From assembly GCA_944350065.1 (NCBI GenBank), contig CALVOD010000001.1, forward strand, positions 1 to 63,113: DNA of 63,113 nt, given 5' to 3'. The notes beneath the pieces were generated by a model. The model ran no database searches and was not told the origin of the DNA. It saw nothing but the letters and a program-made list of their open reading frames with translations. Origin of the DNA: an uncultured Clostridia bacterium. Lineage in GTDB: Bacteria; Bacillota; Clostridia; Christensenellales; DTU072. Shown here piece by piece: positions 1-11,649 of the stretch (its first letter is position 1; every line of letters starts with the position of its first letter). The position numbers were made by a program, and so were the translations under genes.

Positions 1-1
1 A

Positions 2-1435
<1,434 letters not shown>

Positions 1436-1449
1436 TTTTTAAAAAATGC

Positions 1450-1477
1450 TTTACAGAATGCGCGCGTGCGGTATAAT
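1450..1477 (+). promoter_or_regulatory. sigma-70-type promoter TTTACA-16 nt-TATAAT, ending 6 nt before ATG 1484
   Basis: TTTACA lies at 1450-1455 and TATAAT at 1472-1477. There is no Shine-Dalgarno between the -10 and the ATG. Confidence 0.5.
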
Positions 1478-1483
1478 ACTCGT

Positions 1484-2461
1484 ATGCGCGCAGGAAAACT
1501 TACCGGAAAAGAACTCAAAGATAACGTATTGTCGGTTATATCGCACCGCAGAGAGGAGATATTGAATTCTGCTCGACTCGGCGGCGATTGCGCGCGCATA
1601 GCGCTGGGCGCGGATATGCTCGTACATACCGACCCGGTCACCGGAGAAGCCGTAAATATCGGCTCGCTCGCCGTAGAGGTGAGCGCTAACGACGTTATTG
1701 CGGCGGGCGGCGAGCCCGTGGCGTTTCTGCTTACGCTGATACTTCCCGAAAGCTGCGACGCGTGCGACGTCAAAAGGATAATGACCGACGCGGAGCGTGA
1801 AGCCGTTGCGTGGAATGCGGAGATAGTGGGCGGGCATACCGAATTTTCGAGCGCCGTCACGCGTCCCGTAGTCAATGCGGTGGCGATAGGAAAAGCGGTA
1901 GACGGGTGGTTGCCGCATACGCCCGAGGCGGGCGACGCGGTGGTGGTCACCAAAACCCTCGGCATAGAAGGAACGGTTATCCTTGCGGATATGTATCCCA
2001 AAAAACTCGCTCTCAACGAAAGCGAACGCGCGGAGCTCGAGGAATACCGTAAAAGCACGGGGATTCTTCCCGAAGGAAGGGCGCTTCGCGCGGCAAAAAT
2101 ACCCTGCAATATGCACGACGTGACGGAGGGCGGAATTTTCGGAGCGGCGTGCGAACTCGCTTCGGGCGCAGACGTGGGCGTTACGCTGTACGCAGACAAG
2201 GTGCCTTTCGGAGAGCTTACGTTGAAAATATGCGATAGGCTCGGCGCCGATCCCTATCGTCTGATATCGAGCGGAAGTATGCTGATAGTAGCCCGCGACG
2301 GCAAAGCCGTCGTAAGAGCGCTCGCGGCGGAGAATATAGCCGCCGCCGTTATCGGGCGCGTTACCGAGGGAGAAGGGCTCACGGTCGTTTATCCGGACGG
2401 GCGCGAAATACATACCGAAATTCAGGCGGACGAACTGTACCGCTTCAAAGGAGAGAACTGA
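1484..2461 (+). CDS. AIR synthase-related protein (PurM/HypE/ThiL superfamily), function unassigned
   Basis: PurM-superfamily N-domain motifs GGDCARIALG..DPVTGE and ANDVIAAGGEP, and C-domain HDVTEGG. ATG 1484 is preferred over GTG 1466, which lies inside the putative promoter. Confidence 0.7.
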   Translation: MRAGKLTGKELKDNVLSVISHRREEILNSARLGGDCARIALGADMLVHTDPVTGEAVNIGSLAVEVSANDVIAAGGEPVAFLLTLILPESCDACDVKRIMTDAEREAVAWNAEIVGGHTEFSSAVTRPVVNAVAIGKAVDGWLPHTPEAGDAVVVTKTLGIEGTVILADMYPKKLALNESERAELEEYRKSTGILPEGRALRAAKIPCNMHDVTEGGIFGAACELASGADVGVTLYADKVPFGELTLKICDRLGADPYRLISSGSMLIVARDGKAVVRALAAENIAAAVIGRVTEGEGLTVVYPDGREIHTEIQADELYRFKGEN

Positions 2462-2462
2462 T

Positions 2463-3344
2463 ATGGCTTGCACAATTTACAGTATGACAGGTTACGGCAA
2501 AGGCGTTGCGGAGAAGGACCTTCGCAAAATTACCGTCGAAATCAAGACGGTCAACCACCGTTTTCTCGATCTGCTGTTCAAATTTCCGAGGAACTTCCAA
2601 TTCGCGGAAACTTCGGCGCGAGCCATGATAGGAGGTGTGTTGAAGCGCGGGCACGCCGACGTATATCTTAATTACGAGGACAACAGAGTTTCCGAGGGAG
2701 TGAATCTCAACGAGGAACTCGCCGCGGGATACAAAAAGCTCGGCGAAAGATTCGCCGCTTTGGGAATAACCGACGACCTTACCGCTTCGGCGCTCATTAA
2801 GGTGCCTGAGATGGTGAAGCAGACGGAGCTCGACGACGACGAGGAAACGCTTCTTAAACTAATATCCGAAGCGGCTGCGGAAGCGCTCAATAACCTGCTC
2901 GCGATGCGTAAAGCGGAGGGCGAACGTCTCGCAAACGACATTCGTTTAAAGCTCGACGGGATAGCCGAAGCTGTTGCGGAAATCAAAAAGCGCGCGCCCG
3001 AAGTAGCCAAAGAATATTCGGAGAAGCTGTCGGCGCGCATATCGGAAGCGCTTTCGACTCCGGAGATAGACGATTCGCGGCTTGCTACGGAAGTGGCGTT
3101 TTTCGTGGACAGGGCGAATATCGACGAGGAGCTCACGCGGCTTACGAGCCATATCGCCAATTACCGCGAAATACTCGACGAAGGTGGCGCGGTGGGTAAA
3201 AAACTCGATTTTCTTACTCAGGAAGCCAATCGCGAGGTCAACACCATCGGCAGCAAATGCAACGATTTGCAGATAACACGTCTCGTCCTTCAGCTGAAAA
3301 ACGAAATAGAGATGGTGCGCGAGCAGATACAGAATCTCGAATAA
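2463..3344 (+). CDS. yicC: YicC/YloC family stress-induced protein
   Basis: SMTGYGKG, TVEIKTVNHRFLDL, and C-terminal KLDFLTQEANREVNTIGSK. GGAGAG lies 7 nt upstream of ATG 2463. The gene sits at the position of B. subtilis yloC. Confidence 0.85.
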   Translation: MACTIYSMTGYGKGVAEKDLRKITVEIKTVNHRFLDLLFKFPRNFQFAETSARAMIGGVLKRGHADVYLNYEDNRVSEGVNLNEELAAGYKKLGERFAALGITDDLTASALIKVPEMVKQTELDDDEETLLKLISEAAAEALNNLLAMRKAEGERLANDIRLKLDGIAEAVAEIKKRAPEVAKEYSEKLSARISEALSTPEIDDSRLATEVAFFVDRANIDEELTRLTSHIANYREILDEGGAVGKKLDFLTQEANREVNTIGSKCNDLQITRLVLQLKNEIEMVREQIQNLE

Positions 3345-3483
3345 AACGGAGACGGCGGGGCGCTCTTACGCACCGCGCGGAGGGATTAAAGGCTTTGCGA
3401 ACAAAACTGAATACAAAACGATAATAAACAAAATAAAATTCATAAATCTAAACCAAAATCTGAAAATATAGGAGAACACAATT

Positions 3484-3681
3484 ATGATGATCGATCCGCC
3501 CATTGACAAACTTATCGAGAAGGCGCCTTGCCGTTACGCTCTCGTCGTCGGCATCACCAAGCGTGCAAAAGACCTTTTGGACATGCAGTCCGACGAACTC
3601 GAAAAGTCGGGGCTCAAAGCCGTGTCTTACGCCGCGAAGGAAATTTACGACGAGAAGATCAAAGTCGTCGTAAACAAGTAA
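3484..3681 (+). CDS. rpoZ: DNA-directed RNA polymerase subunit omega
   Basis: 65 aa. PIDKLIEKAPCRYALVVGITKRAKDL matches the RpoZ core. It lies immediately upstream of coaBC, as in Firmicutes. Confidence 0.85.
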   Translation: MMIDPPIDKLIEKAPCRYALVVGITKRAKDLLDMQSDELEKSGLKAVSYAAKEIYDEKIKVVVNK

Positions 3682-3682
3682 A

Positions 3683-4852
3683 ATGAAAAAAACGGTAATA
3701 TTGGGAGTTACCGGCGGTATAGCCGCCTATAAGTCCTGCGAAATAGTATCGCGTTTCGTTAAACTCGGCTACGACGTCAGAGTGATAATGACGCGCAACG
3801 CGACGGAATTCGTAACGCCGCTCACCTTCGAAACGCTTTCGTCCAACAAAGTCGTGACGGAGACCTTCGATAAGGAGCGCGAATTCGAAGTGGAGCACAT
3901 TAGCTACGCGAAACTCGCATCGGCGTTCGTTATCGCGCCCGCTACAGCCAACGTGATCGGCAAGATAGCGGACGGTATCGCCGACGACATGCTCACCACG
4001 ACCGTTTCCGCGACGAAAGCGCCCGTGTATATCTGCCCCGCGATGAATACCAATATGTATCTCAATCCGGTAGTGCAGGCAAATATCGCTAAGCTCAAGG
4101 CGCTCGGATACAGATTCGTGGATCCCGTAGAGGGGAGACTTGCGTGCGGAGACGTGGGCACCGGGAAAATGGCTGAACCCGCGGATATAGTGGCTGCGGT
4201 GGACGCGGCGCTCACGCCGCGAGCCGATTACAGAGGCAAAACGGTACTCGTGACCGCGGGCGCTACCCGCGAGCCTATAGACGGGGTAAGATTCATTTCC
4301 AACCGTTCGTCCGGTAAAATGGGCGTCCGTATCGCGGAGACGGCGGCGGAGCGCGGAGCGGAAGTGATACTCGTTGCGGGCACCATGAGCGTGGAAGCGC
4401 CGAAGGGTATGCGCGTAATCAAAGTCGCGACTACTGAAGACATGCGCAAAGCGGTCGTGGAGCTTTTGCCCGAAGCGGACGTCGTGATAATGGCGGCGGC
4501 TCCTGGGGATTATAAGGTGAAAAACTATTCTCCCGAGAAAATCAAATCTCAAACGCTAACTTTGGAGCTCGAGAAAAATCCCGATATCGCCGCGGAAGTG
4601 GGAAAACTCAAAGGCGATAAAAAGCTGGTTGTTTTCGCCGCAGAAACGAGCGATCTCATCGGTAACGCAATGAAGAAGCTGGAATCGAAGAACGCAGATC
4701 TTATGGTCGCGAACGACGTGACGCTCGAGGGAGCGGGTTTCGACGTGGACACCAATATCGCTACGCTTATTACTTCGGGCGGCGCGGTGATAGCGCTCGA
4801 GAAAATGAGTAAAGCCGAACTCGCCGGACTCATACTCGATTACGTATATTGA
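3683..4852 (+). CDS. coaBC: bifunctional phosphopantothenoylcysteine decarboxylase / phosphopantothenate-cysteine ligase
   Basis: N-terminal flavoprotein motif ILGVTGGIAAYKS and C-terminal ligase motif VTAGATREPIDGVRFISNRSSGKMG. 389 aa. Confidence 0.92.
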   Translation: MKKTVILGVTGGIAAYKSCEIVSRFVKLGYDVRVIMTRNATEFVTPLTFETLSSNKVVTETFDKEREFEVEHISYAKLASAFVIAPATANVIGKIADGIADDMLTTTVSATKAPVYICPAMNTNMYLNPVVQANIAKLKALGYRFVDPVEGRLACGDVGTGKMAEPADIVAAVDAALTPRADYRGKTVLVTAGATREPIDGVRFISNRSSGKMGVRIAETAAERGAEVILVAGTMSVEAPKGMRVIKVATTEDMRKAVVELLPEADVVIMAAAPGDYKVKNYSPEKIKSQTLTLELEKNPDIAAEVGKLKGDKKLVVFAAETSDLIGNAMKKLESKNADLMVANDVTLEGAGFDVDTNIATLITSGGAVIALEKMSKAELAGLILDYVY

Positions 4853-4853
4853 A

Positions 4854-7040
4854 ATGGTATACGAAGTCATCGTCGACATCTCCAATTCCGAGACCGATAA
4901 AGTATTCGATTACTTAGCGCCCTTCCCTCTCGAGAAAGGCGCGCGCGTTCTCGTACCTTTCGGAAGGAGACAGGTAGAGGGCTTCGTGGTGGGAGTCAAG
5001 GAGAAGTCGGACTGCCGATACGACCTCAAGGACGTGATAATGCGGCTGGACGATTATCCCGTGATATTGCCGGAGATGCTCGAGCTTGCCGAATATATGC
5101 GCTTGACGGATCTCAGGCTCATAGATTGTCTGAGGCTTTTCGTGCCCGCTAAGCTGCGCGGCGGCAGAGTGAAGGCGCTGACGAGAAATTACCTTTACAG
5201 GAATACCTCTTTGACTTTGGAGGAAGCGCTCGCTAAGCTGAAGCCTTCCGCGAAAGCGCAACGCGCGATACTCATCGAATTATACGACGTAAACGCGGCG
5301 CCCGAAGCGCGAATAAACGAAAAGTATTCGCCTTCCGCGGTGAAAGCGCTCGTGGAAAAGGGACTAATTTTCCGCGAAAGCACCGAATTGAACCGCACAC
5401 CCGAAGGAATGCCTTCCGAACGCAAACGGGTGGAACTCACTGCGGAGCAGACCGCTGCCGTAGATACCGTTGCGAAAGGCGCTCCGGGCACATACCTTAT
5501 TCACGGAGTTACCGGAAGCGGAAAAACGGAAATATATCTTAACCTTATAGAAAGGACTCTCGCCGAGGGCAGAAACGCGATAATGCTCGTTCCGGAGATA
5601 TCGCTCACGCCGCAGATGCTCGGAATATTCAGGGCGCGTTTCGGGGATATGGTTTCGGTGCTGCACAGCGGACTTTCGGACGGCGAAAGATACGACGAAT
5701 GGCGCAAACTTCTCACGGGCGGAGCACGCGTGGCTCTCGGAGCGAGATCCGCAGTGTTCGCTCCTCTTACGAACGTCGGCGTCATTATCATCGACGAGGA
5801 ACACGATTCGAGCTACGTTTCGGAGAATAACCCGAGGTATTTTACGTCGGAGATAGCGGAGTTCAGGCGCGCGTATAACGGCGCCAAACTGGTGTTGGGG
5901 AGCGCAACGCCGTCTATAGAAACCTATTATAAAGCCGTAAAAGGCGAATACACGCTTATAACCCTCGACAAACGCATAAACAAAATGCGGCTTCCGGAAC
6001 TCGAAACCGTGGATATGCGCGACGAAATACGCTCGGGTAACGCGGGAATATTTTCGGCGCGGCTTTTGAGCGCGCTCGAGGAAACGCTTAAAGAGGGCAA
6101 TCAGGCGATGCTTTTCCTCAATCGCAGAGGTTACGCTTCCTTCCTGCGTTGCAGGAGCTGCGGATTCGTGCCTAAATGTCCTTCGTGCGAGGTAAGTCTT
6201 ACATATCATAAAGAGGACAACACTTTGCGTTGTCACTATTGCGGAGCGCGTTACCGCGCGATAGAGAAATGCCCGATATGCGGCTACGAGGATCTCAAGG
6301 AAGGCAAAACGGGAACCGAAAAAGTAGAATCGGAGATAAAGAGAATATTCCCCGAAGCGCGCGTTCTGCGTATGGACAACGATACCACGCGCGGGCGGGA
6401 TTCATATAGAGAAATACTCACTGCGTTCGGCGCGGGGGAAGCGGACGTCTTGGTAGGCACGCAGATGATAGCCAAAGGACACGACTTCAAGAACGTGACG
6501 CTGGTGGGAATAATAGACGCGGACGTCGCGTTGTATTATTCCGATTACCGCTCCGCGGAGCGCACCTTCCAGCTCATCACGCAGATGGCGGGACGCGCGG
6601 GCAGAGAGAGCAAACCCGGCAGGGTGATAATGCAGACTTACAGCCCCAACCATTACGTGTATAAGTTTGCCAAGCAGTACGATTATAAAGGCTTTTTCGA
6701 GAAGGAAATAAACACGCGGGAGCTGACGAAGTATCCGCCGTACAGTAAGATAGTGAGGTTATTGGTACTTGCTGCCGACGTCGCCCCCGCGAGGGACGCG
6801 GCGCGCGCGCTGTGCGCCGAAATAGTCACGCTCAAAGCCAAACTCCCCGGTATAATGCGCGTTCAGGTTATGCCGGCGGCGATGAAGAAATTAAGGGATT
6901 ATTACCGTTACCAGGTGGTGGCGTGGATAGATTCGGACGCGGCGAAAGAGATTATGCCTTACGTATACGCGAAAGCGAACGCCGCGAATAACAGTAAAGT
7001 TACCGTCTTTACGGAAGTAAATCCGCAACAGATGCTTTAA
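4854..7040 (+). CDS. priA: primosomal replication restart helicase PriA
   Basis: Walker A GVTGSGKTEIY, DEEH box IIIDEEHD, and a Cys-rich zinc module CRSCGFVPKCPSCEVSLTYH..LRCHYCG..CPICG. 728 aa. Confidence 0.93.
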   Translation: MVYEVIVDISNSETDKVFDYLAPFPLEKGARVLVPFGRRQVEGFVVGVKEKSDCRYDLKDVIMRLDDYPVILPEMLELAEYMRLTDLRLIDCLRLFVPAKLRGGRVKALTRNYLYRNTSLTLEEALAKLKPSAKAQRAILIELYDVNAAPEARINEKYSPSAVKALVEKGLIFRESTELNRTPEGMPSERKRVELTAEQTAAVDTVAKGAPGTYLIHGVTGSGKTEIYLNLIERTLAEGRNAIMLVPEISLTPQMLGIFRARFGDMVSVLHSGLSDGERYDEWRKLLTGGARVALGARSAVFAPLTNVGVIIIDEEHDSSYVSENNPRYFTSEIAEFRRAYNGAKLVLGSATPSIETYYKAVKGEYTLITLDKRINKMRLPELETVDMRDEIRSGNAGIFSARLLSALEETLKEGNQAMLFLNRRGYASFLRCRSCGFVPKCPSCEVSLTYHKEDNTLRCHYCGARYRAIEKCPICGYEDLKEGKTGTEKVESEIKRIFPEARVLRMDNDTTRGRDSYREILTAFGAGEADVLVGTQMIAKGHDFKNVTLVGIIDADVALYYSDYRSAERTFQLITQMAGRAGRESKPGRVIMQTYSPNHYVYKFAKQYDYKGFFEKEINTRELTKYPPYSKIVRLLVLAADVAPARDAARALCAEIVTLKAKLPGIMRVQVMPAAMKKLRDYYRYQVVAWIDSDAAKEIMPYVYAKANAANNSKVTVFTEVNPQQML

Positions 7041-7087
7041 AAAGCTATAAAAATACGAAAGCGCTAATGCGCAAGAGGTGAAAAGGA

Positions 7088-7546
7088 ATGGCACTACGAA
7101 ATATTTTTCAGGAAGGCGAACCGATATTGAGGAGAACCGCGCGCGAGGTAACTTCGTTCGACGAGCGGTTGCACATACTTCTCGACGATATGGCGGAGAC
7201 TATGCGCAAAGCTAACGGCGTAGGACTTGCGGGGCCGCAGGTGGGCATATCCCGCAGAGTCATAGTCATAGAGCCTGAGGAGGGCGCGCTCACGGAGATG
7301 ATAAATCCCGTCATAAGCGACGCCGAAGGCGAGCAGATAGGCGCGGAGGGATGCCTTTCCGTCGATTCCTCGAAAAATTGTCAGGTCAAACGTCCCATGT
7401 CTCTCACGGTGAGCTATTTCGACAGAAACGGAGGCAAACACACCGAGCGCGCCGAAGGCTGGAAAGCGCGCGTGATATGCCACGAATGCGATCATCTCGA
7501 CGGCATACTGTTCATAGACAAGGCTTACAGGGGTAAGAAAAAATGA
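7088..7546 (+). CDS. def: peptide deformylase
   Basis: The three deformylase motifs are present: GVGLAGPQVG, EGCLS, HECDHLDG. Confidence 0.93.
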   Translation: MALRNIFQEGEPILRRTAREVTSFDERLHILLDDMAETMRKANGVGLAGPQVGISRRVIVIEPEEGALTEMINPVISDAEGEQIGAEGCLSVDSSKNCQVKRPMSLTVSYFDRNGGKHTERAEGWKARVICHECDHLDGILFIDKAYRGKKK

Positions 7547-8472
7547 AAGTGATTTTTCTCGGAAGCGGCGAATTTTCTCTGACGGTGCTGAAAGCCGTGC
7601 GCGCGAGCGCGCACGAAGTGGTCGCCGTCGTCGCGCAACCGGACAAGGTGAACGCGCGTAACGGCAAAACGGTGTTTTCGCCCGTGAAAAGCTATGCGCT
7701 TGCCGAGGGACTTACGCTTTTCCAATTCGAAAAGATAAATAACGAGCTCGACGCGTTGCGCCCGCTGAACGCGGACATAATGATTACTTCCGCTTACGGG
7801 CAACTGCTTTCGGGCGAAGTGCTCGCGCTGTGCCCGCACGGCGTGATAAACACGCACGCGTCGCTTTTGCCCGCTTACCGCGGAGCGGCGCCGATACAGA
7901 GCGCCATATTGAACGGCGACGAAATTATCGGAACTACCGTCATGCGCACCGAATTGGCTATGGATACCGGCGACATCATTCTTCAGAAAAGCGTTCGGCT
8001 GAAGGGAACGGAAAATTCCGAGGAGTGTTTCGGAATACTCGCCGAATTGTCGGCAGCGGCTGCGGTGGAAGCGCTCGACTCCATAGAGCAAGGCACCGCG
8101 ATCTATATGCCGCAGGACAATTCGCGCGCGAGCTATTGCAGAAAATTCGTTAAAGAGGACGGCAAGATGGATTTCACGCTTACCGCCGAAGAACTTACGC
8201 GCAGGGTGCGCGCGTTTTACGGTTTCCCGGGGACGTATTGCTTCACTCCGCACGGACGTCTCAAGGTGCTCGAAGCAGCCGTTTCGGATAAGGAATTTCC
8301 CTTAGGCGAATGCGGAGAGGTGCTCGAAGCGGACAAGAGCGGCATAACGGTGCGTTGCGGCGGCGATACCGCCATCGTATTCCGTAGAGTGCAGGGCGAA
8401 GGCGGCAAGGCTATGAGCGCAAGAGACTATCTGCTCGGGAAAAAACTTCCTTCCGGCACGGTGCTCGGCTGA
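7543..8472 (+). CDS. fmt: methionyl-tRNA formyltransferase
   Basis: VVAQPDK and HASLLPAYRGAAPIQ. ATGA overlap with def. Confidence 0.92.
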   Translation: MKVIFLGSGEFSLTVLKAVRASAHEVVAVVAQPDKVNARNGKTVFSPVKSYALAEGLTLFQFEKINNELDALRPLNADIMITSAYGQLLSGEVLALCPHGVINTHASLLPAYRGAAPIQSAILNGDEIIGTTVMRTELAMDTGDIILQKSVRLKGTENSEECFGILAELSAAAAVEALDSIEQGTAIYMPQDNSRASYCRKFVKEDGKMDFTLTAEELTRRVRAFYGFPGTYCFTPHGRLKVLEAAVSDKEFPLGECGEVLEADKSGITVRCGGDTAIVFRRVQGEGGKAMSARDYLLGKKLPSGTVLG

Positions 8473-9704
8473 TGGACGCCGCAACTTTAAGGAAAAGCTA
8501 TAACATACTTGACAGGGTATTGCGCGCGGGCGCGTACCTTAACATAGAATTGAATTCGTTGAAGGACGACGGCGACAAGAACACGGTGGTGAAACTCGTG
8601 TACGGCACGCTCGAAAACTATTACGAATGCGTATACGTGCTGAAAAGTCTTGTCGGGCGGATGCCCAAGCCGAAATTCCGCGCGCTGTTTCTGCAGGCGA
8701 TATACGCTCTGCGTCACTTGAGCGCGGCGCCGTACGCAGTGGTCAACTCGAGCGTGGAGCTCGCCGCGCAGATAGGCGGCGGCGATATAAAAGGCTTCGT
8801 CAACGCGGTGCTGAAGAAGGTTGCTGCGGGGGATCCCGAAAAAATGCCTTCCGCATTAAGCGACGAAGGGCTCGAGATAGCCGCAAACGCGCCGATATGG
8901 CTCGTGAAAAAGCTGACCGACGAAGGCTACGACGCGGTGCGGGTATTGAGACCGCGCGCCGAAAAGCGAAAGCACATACGCCTCACTTCCAAATGCGGAA
9001 AGGGCGAATTCGACGAAAAGGAGTGTAACGCCGAGCGTAGCGAAACGGGCGGATATTACGTCGACGTCACGCCTGCGGTAAGCGCGCTCGCGGCGCAAGG
9101 CAAAGCGACTTTTCAGTCGCCTTCGTCGATGGTTGCCGTCGAAGCGTTCGGCGAGCTTAAAGGCAAGCGTTTTCTTGACCTGTGCGCGGCGCCCGGAGGG
9201 AAGGCGGTATTAGGCGCGGAGCGCGGAGCGGAAGTTACCGCTTGCGACGTACACCTGCACAGAACGGAGCTTATCAGGGCTTACGCGAAGCGCGTGGGCG
9301 TGAACGTAAAGACTCTTACGAACGACGGAACGGTATACAGGGAAGAATTCGATTCCGCTTTCGACTGCGTTCTCACCGACGTTCCCTGTTCGGGGCTCGG
9401 CGTGATCTCATTGAGACCGGATATCGTGCTTAACCGCAGAAGCGAGGATATCGACGCGCTCGTCGAAATACAACGTAAGCTGCTTTTAACCGCCTCGCGT
9501 TACGTTAAGCCGGGCGGATTGCTCGTGTATTCCACCTGTACTCTCACTGCGTGCGAGAACGGGGAACAGATTGAAAGATTTCTAAAAGAAAATGGCAAAT
9601 TCTGTATCGAAGGATACGGAATTGTTCCTGAAGGCGTGCGTATGATATTGCCGGACGACAAAATGGACGGATTCTTTATCGCGCGAATGAGGAGGAAGGG
9701 ATGA
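8472..9704 (+). CDS. rsmB: 16S rRNA (cytosine967-C5)-methyltransferase RsmB/Sun
   Basis: NusB-like N-terminus, SAM-binding DLCAAPGGK, and catalytic DVPCSG and YSTCT. It follows fmt, as in B. subtilis yloM. Confidence 0.85.
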   Translation: MDAATLRKSYNILDRVLRAGAYLNIELNSLKDDGDKNTVVKLVYGTLENYYECVYVLKSLVGRMPKPKFRALFLQAIYALRHLSAAPYAVVNSSVELAAQIGGGDIKGFVNAVLKKVAAGDPEKMPSALSDEGLEIAANAPIWLVKKLTDEGYDAVRVLRPRAEKRKHIRLTSKCGKGEFDEKECNAERSETGGYYVDVTPAVSALAAQGKATFQSPSSMVAVEAFGELKGKRFLDLCAAPGGKAVLGAERGAEVTACDVHLHRTELIRAYAKRVGVNVKTLTNDGTVYREEFDSAFDCVLTDVPCSGLGVISLRPDIVLNRRSEDIDALVEIQRKLLLTASRYVKPGGLLVYSTCTLTACENGEQIERFLKENGKFCIEGYGIVPEGVRMILPDDKMDGFFIARMRRKG

Positions 9705-10783
9705 AACTTCTGCAAGACTTGAGCTTCAACGAGATGAAAGAACTCGTCGTAAGGTACGGGGAGCCTGCTTTCCGCGCCGAGCAACTGTATTCGCTCGCGA
9801 TGAGACACAAGGAGTACGAGGAAGCCACCAACTTACCCAAGAAATTAACGGAAGCGCTCCGTAAGGAGTATTTCGCGACGGCGCTCGATATAGCGGAAAC
9901 CTACCGCGGTAAAGACGGCGCCGAAAAATATCTTTTCGCTCTCCGCGACGGTAACGTGGTGGAAGGCGTATATATGCCGCACAATTACGGCGATACTCTT
10001 TGCGTATCCACGCAGGTTGGGTGCCGTATGGGTTGCGTGTTCTGCGCTAGCGGGCTGAACGGACTGGTACGGAATCTTACGGCGGGCGAGATACTTGCGG
10101 AAGTGCTTGCCGTCAACCGCCTGCACGGCGGCACGCCCGAGAAGCGGGTGATAACCAACGTGGTATTGATGGGCTCCGGCGAGCCGCTCGACAACTACGA
10201 CAACGTCACGAAGTTTCTTAAACTCGTTTCCTGCGAGCGCGGGATAAACATTAGTTTAAGGAACATATCGCTGTCCACCTGCGGGCTCGCGGACAAGATA
10301 AAGGAGCTTGCCGACAGCGGGCTGCACGTAACGCTTACGATATCGCTTCACGCGGCGACCGACGAAAAGCGTTCCGCGCTTCTTCCCGTGAACCGCAAAT
10401 ACAACATTGCCAAAGTTCTCGAGGCGGCGAAGTATTATTTTGCCGCAACGGGGCGCAGGATCATATTCGAATACGCGTTGGCGGAGGGCAAAAACGCGGA
10501 CGCGGCGAGCGCGGAGGAGCTTGCGGCGCTCGTTAAAGGAATAAACTGCCACGTCAACCTTATCAATCTCAATTACGTCAAGGAGCGCGGTATGCGCGGC
10601 ATAGCTTCGGGCGAGATAGGTGAATTTATGAAGATACTCGAAAAGCGCGGCGTATCCGTAACTTTGAGGCGCAGTATGGGCAACGATATCGGAGGGGCGT
10701 GCGGACAGTTGAGAGTGAAATATCTTAAAGAAAAAGACGAGCGGTTGAAGCGCGGCGAAGGTTGCGGGGAGGAGAGCGAATGA
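9701..10783 (+). CDS. rlmN: 23S rRNA/tRNA (adenine-C2)-methyltransferase RlmN (radical SAM)
   Basis: Radical-SAM CxxxCxxC in GCRMGCVFCASG, plus GSGEPLDN and TISLHA. ATGA overlap with rsmB. Confidence 0.9.
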   Translation: MKLLQDLSFNEMKELVVRYGEPAFRAEQLYSLAMRHKEYEEATNLPKKLTEALRKEYFATALDIAETYRGKDGAEKYLFALRDGNVVEGVYMPHNYGDTLCVSTQVGCRMGCVFCASGLNGLVRNLTAGEILAEVLAVNRLHGGTPEKRVITNVVLMGSGEPLDNYDNVTKFLKLVSCERGINISLRNISLSTCGLADKIKELADSGLHVTLTISLHAATDEKRSALLPVNRKYNIAKVLEAAKYYFAATGRRIIFEYALAEGKNADAASAEELAALVKGINCHVNLINLNYVKERGMRGIASGEIGEFMKILEKRGVSVTLRRSMGNDIGGACGQLRVKYLKEKDERLKRGEGCGEESE

Positions 10784-11649
10784 GAGGGGTAGACGGCACG
10801 GTTACTTCGGTGGTAGCCGGAAGGTATACCGTCAAATGCGGTAACAAAGCGTACGTGGCTTACGCGCGCGGCAAGTTACGCCGCGACGGCGACATATACG
10901 TCGGCGACAAAGTCGCCGTAATATTCGAGCGCGGAGAGGCGGTGATAGACGCCGTAAAGCCGCGCAGGAATTCGCTCGTACGTCCTTACGTGGCTAACGT
11001 GGACGCGGCGCTCATAGTGATAGCGAAGGAGCCCGAGCCGGATATGCTTCTCGTGGACAAGATAATAGTGAACTGCTACGCGGAAGGCATAAAACCGGTG
11101 ATTTTATATAACAAATGCGAACTCGCCGAGGAAGGCGAGATCGACAGGGTGCTTGAGCCTTACCGCGCGTTTATGGATTGCGTAGAGGTTTCCGCCGAAG
11201 AAAAACGCGGCTTCGAAAAACTTAAAGAATTCGTCGAAGGCAAGACCGTATGCCTTGCCGGGCAGAGCGCGGTCGGCAAGACTTCGCTTCTCAACGCGCT
11301 GCTCGATCTTAATTTAAAGACGGACGGGCTTTCGAGAAAAGTAAAGCGCGGCAAAAACACCACCCGCCACGTGGAAATTTACGAAGCGCTCGGCGGCGAC
11401 ATAATGGATACTTGCGGCTTCAGTATGCTCACGCCCGTAAATCTTAAACCGGAAGAATTGACCTATTATTACGAGGATTTCATCGGATATCAGGACGAAT
11501 GCAGATACCGCGGATGCACGCACACCGAGGAACCGGACTGCGCGGTGAAGCGCGCCGTTGCGGAAGGGGCTCTTGACAAAGGGCGTTATATGAGGTATCT
11601 TGAAATTTACGGGGAACTCAAAGAAAACAGGAGGAAGCTCTATGAATAA
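10780..11649 (+). CDS. rsgA: ribosome small-subunit-dependent GTPase A
   Basis: N-terminal OB fold, permuted GTPase motifs (LYNKCEL, GQSAVGKTSLLNAL), and a zinc knuckle CRYRGCTHTEEPDC. ATG 10780 overlaps the rlmN stop (ATGA). Confidence 0.88.
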   Translation: MRGVDGTVTSVVAGRYTVKCGNKAYVAYARGKLRRDGDIYVGDKVAVIFERGEAVIDAVKPRRNSLVRPYVANVDAALIVIAKEPEPDMLLVDKIIVNCYAEGIKPVILYNKCELAEEGEIDRVLEPYRAFMDCVEVSAEEKRGFEKLKEFVEGKTVCLAGQSAVGKTSLLNALLDLNLKTDGLSRKVKRGKNTTRHVEIYEALGGDIMDTCGFSMLTPVNLKPEELTYYYEDFIGYQDECRYRGCTHTEEPDCAVKRAVAEGALDKGRYMRYLEIYGELKENRRKLYE

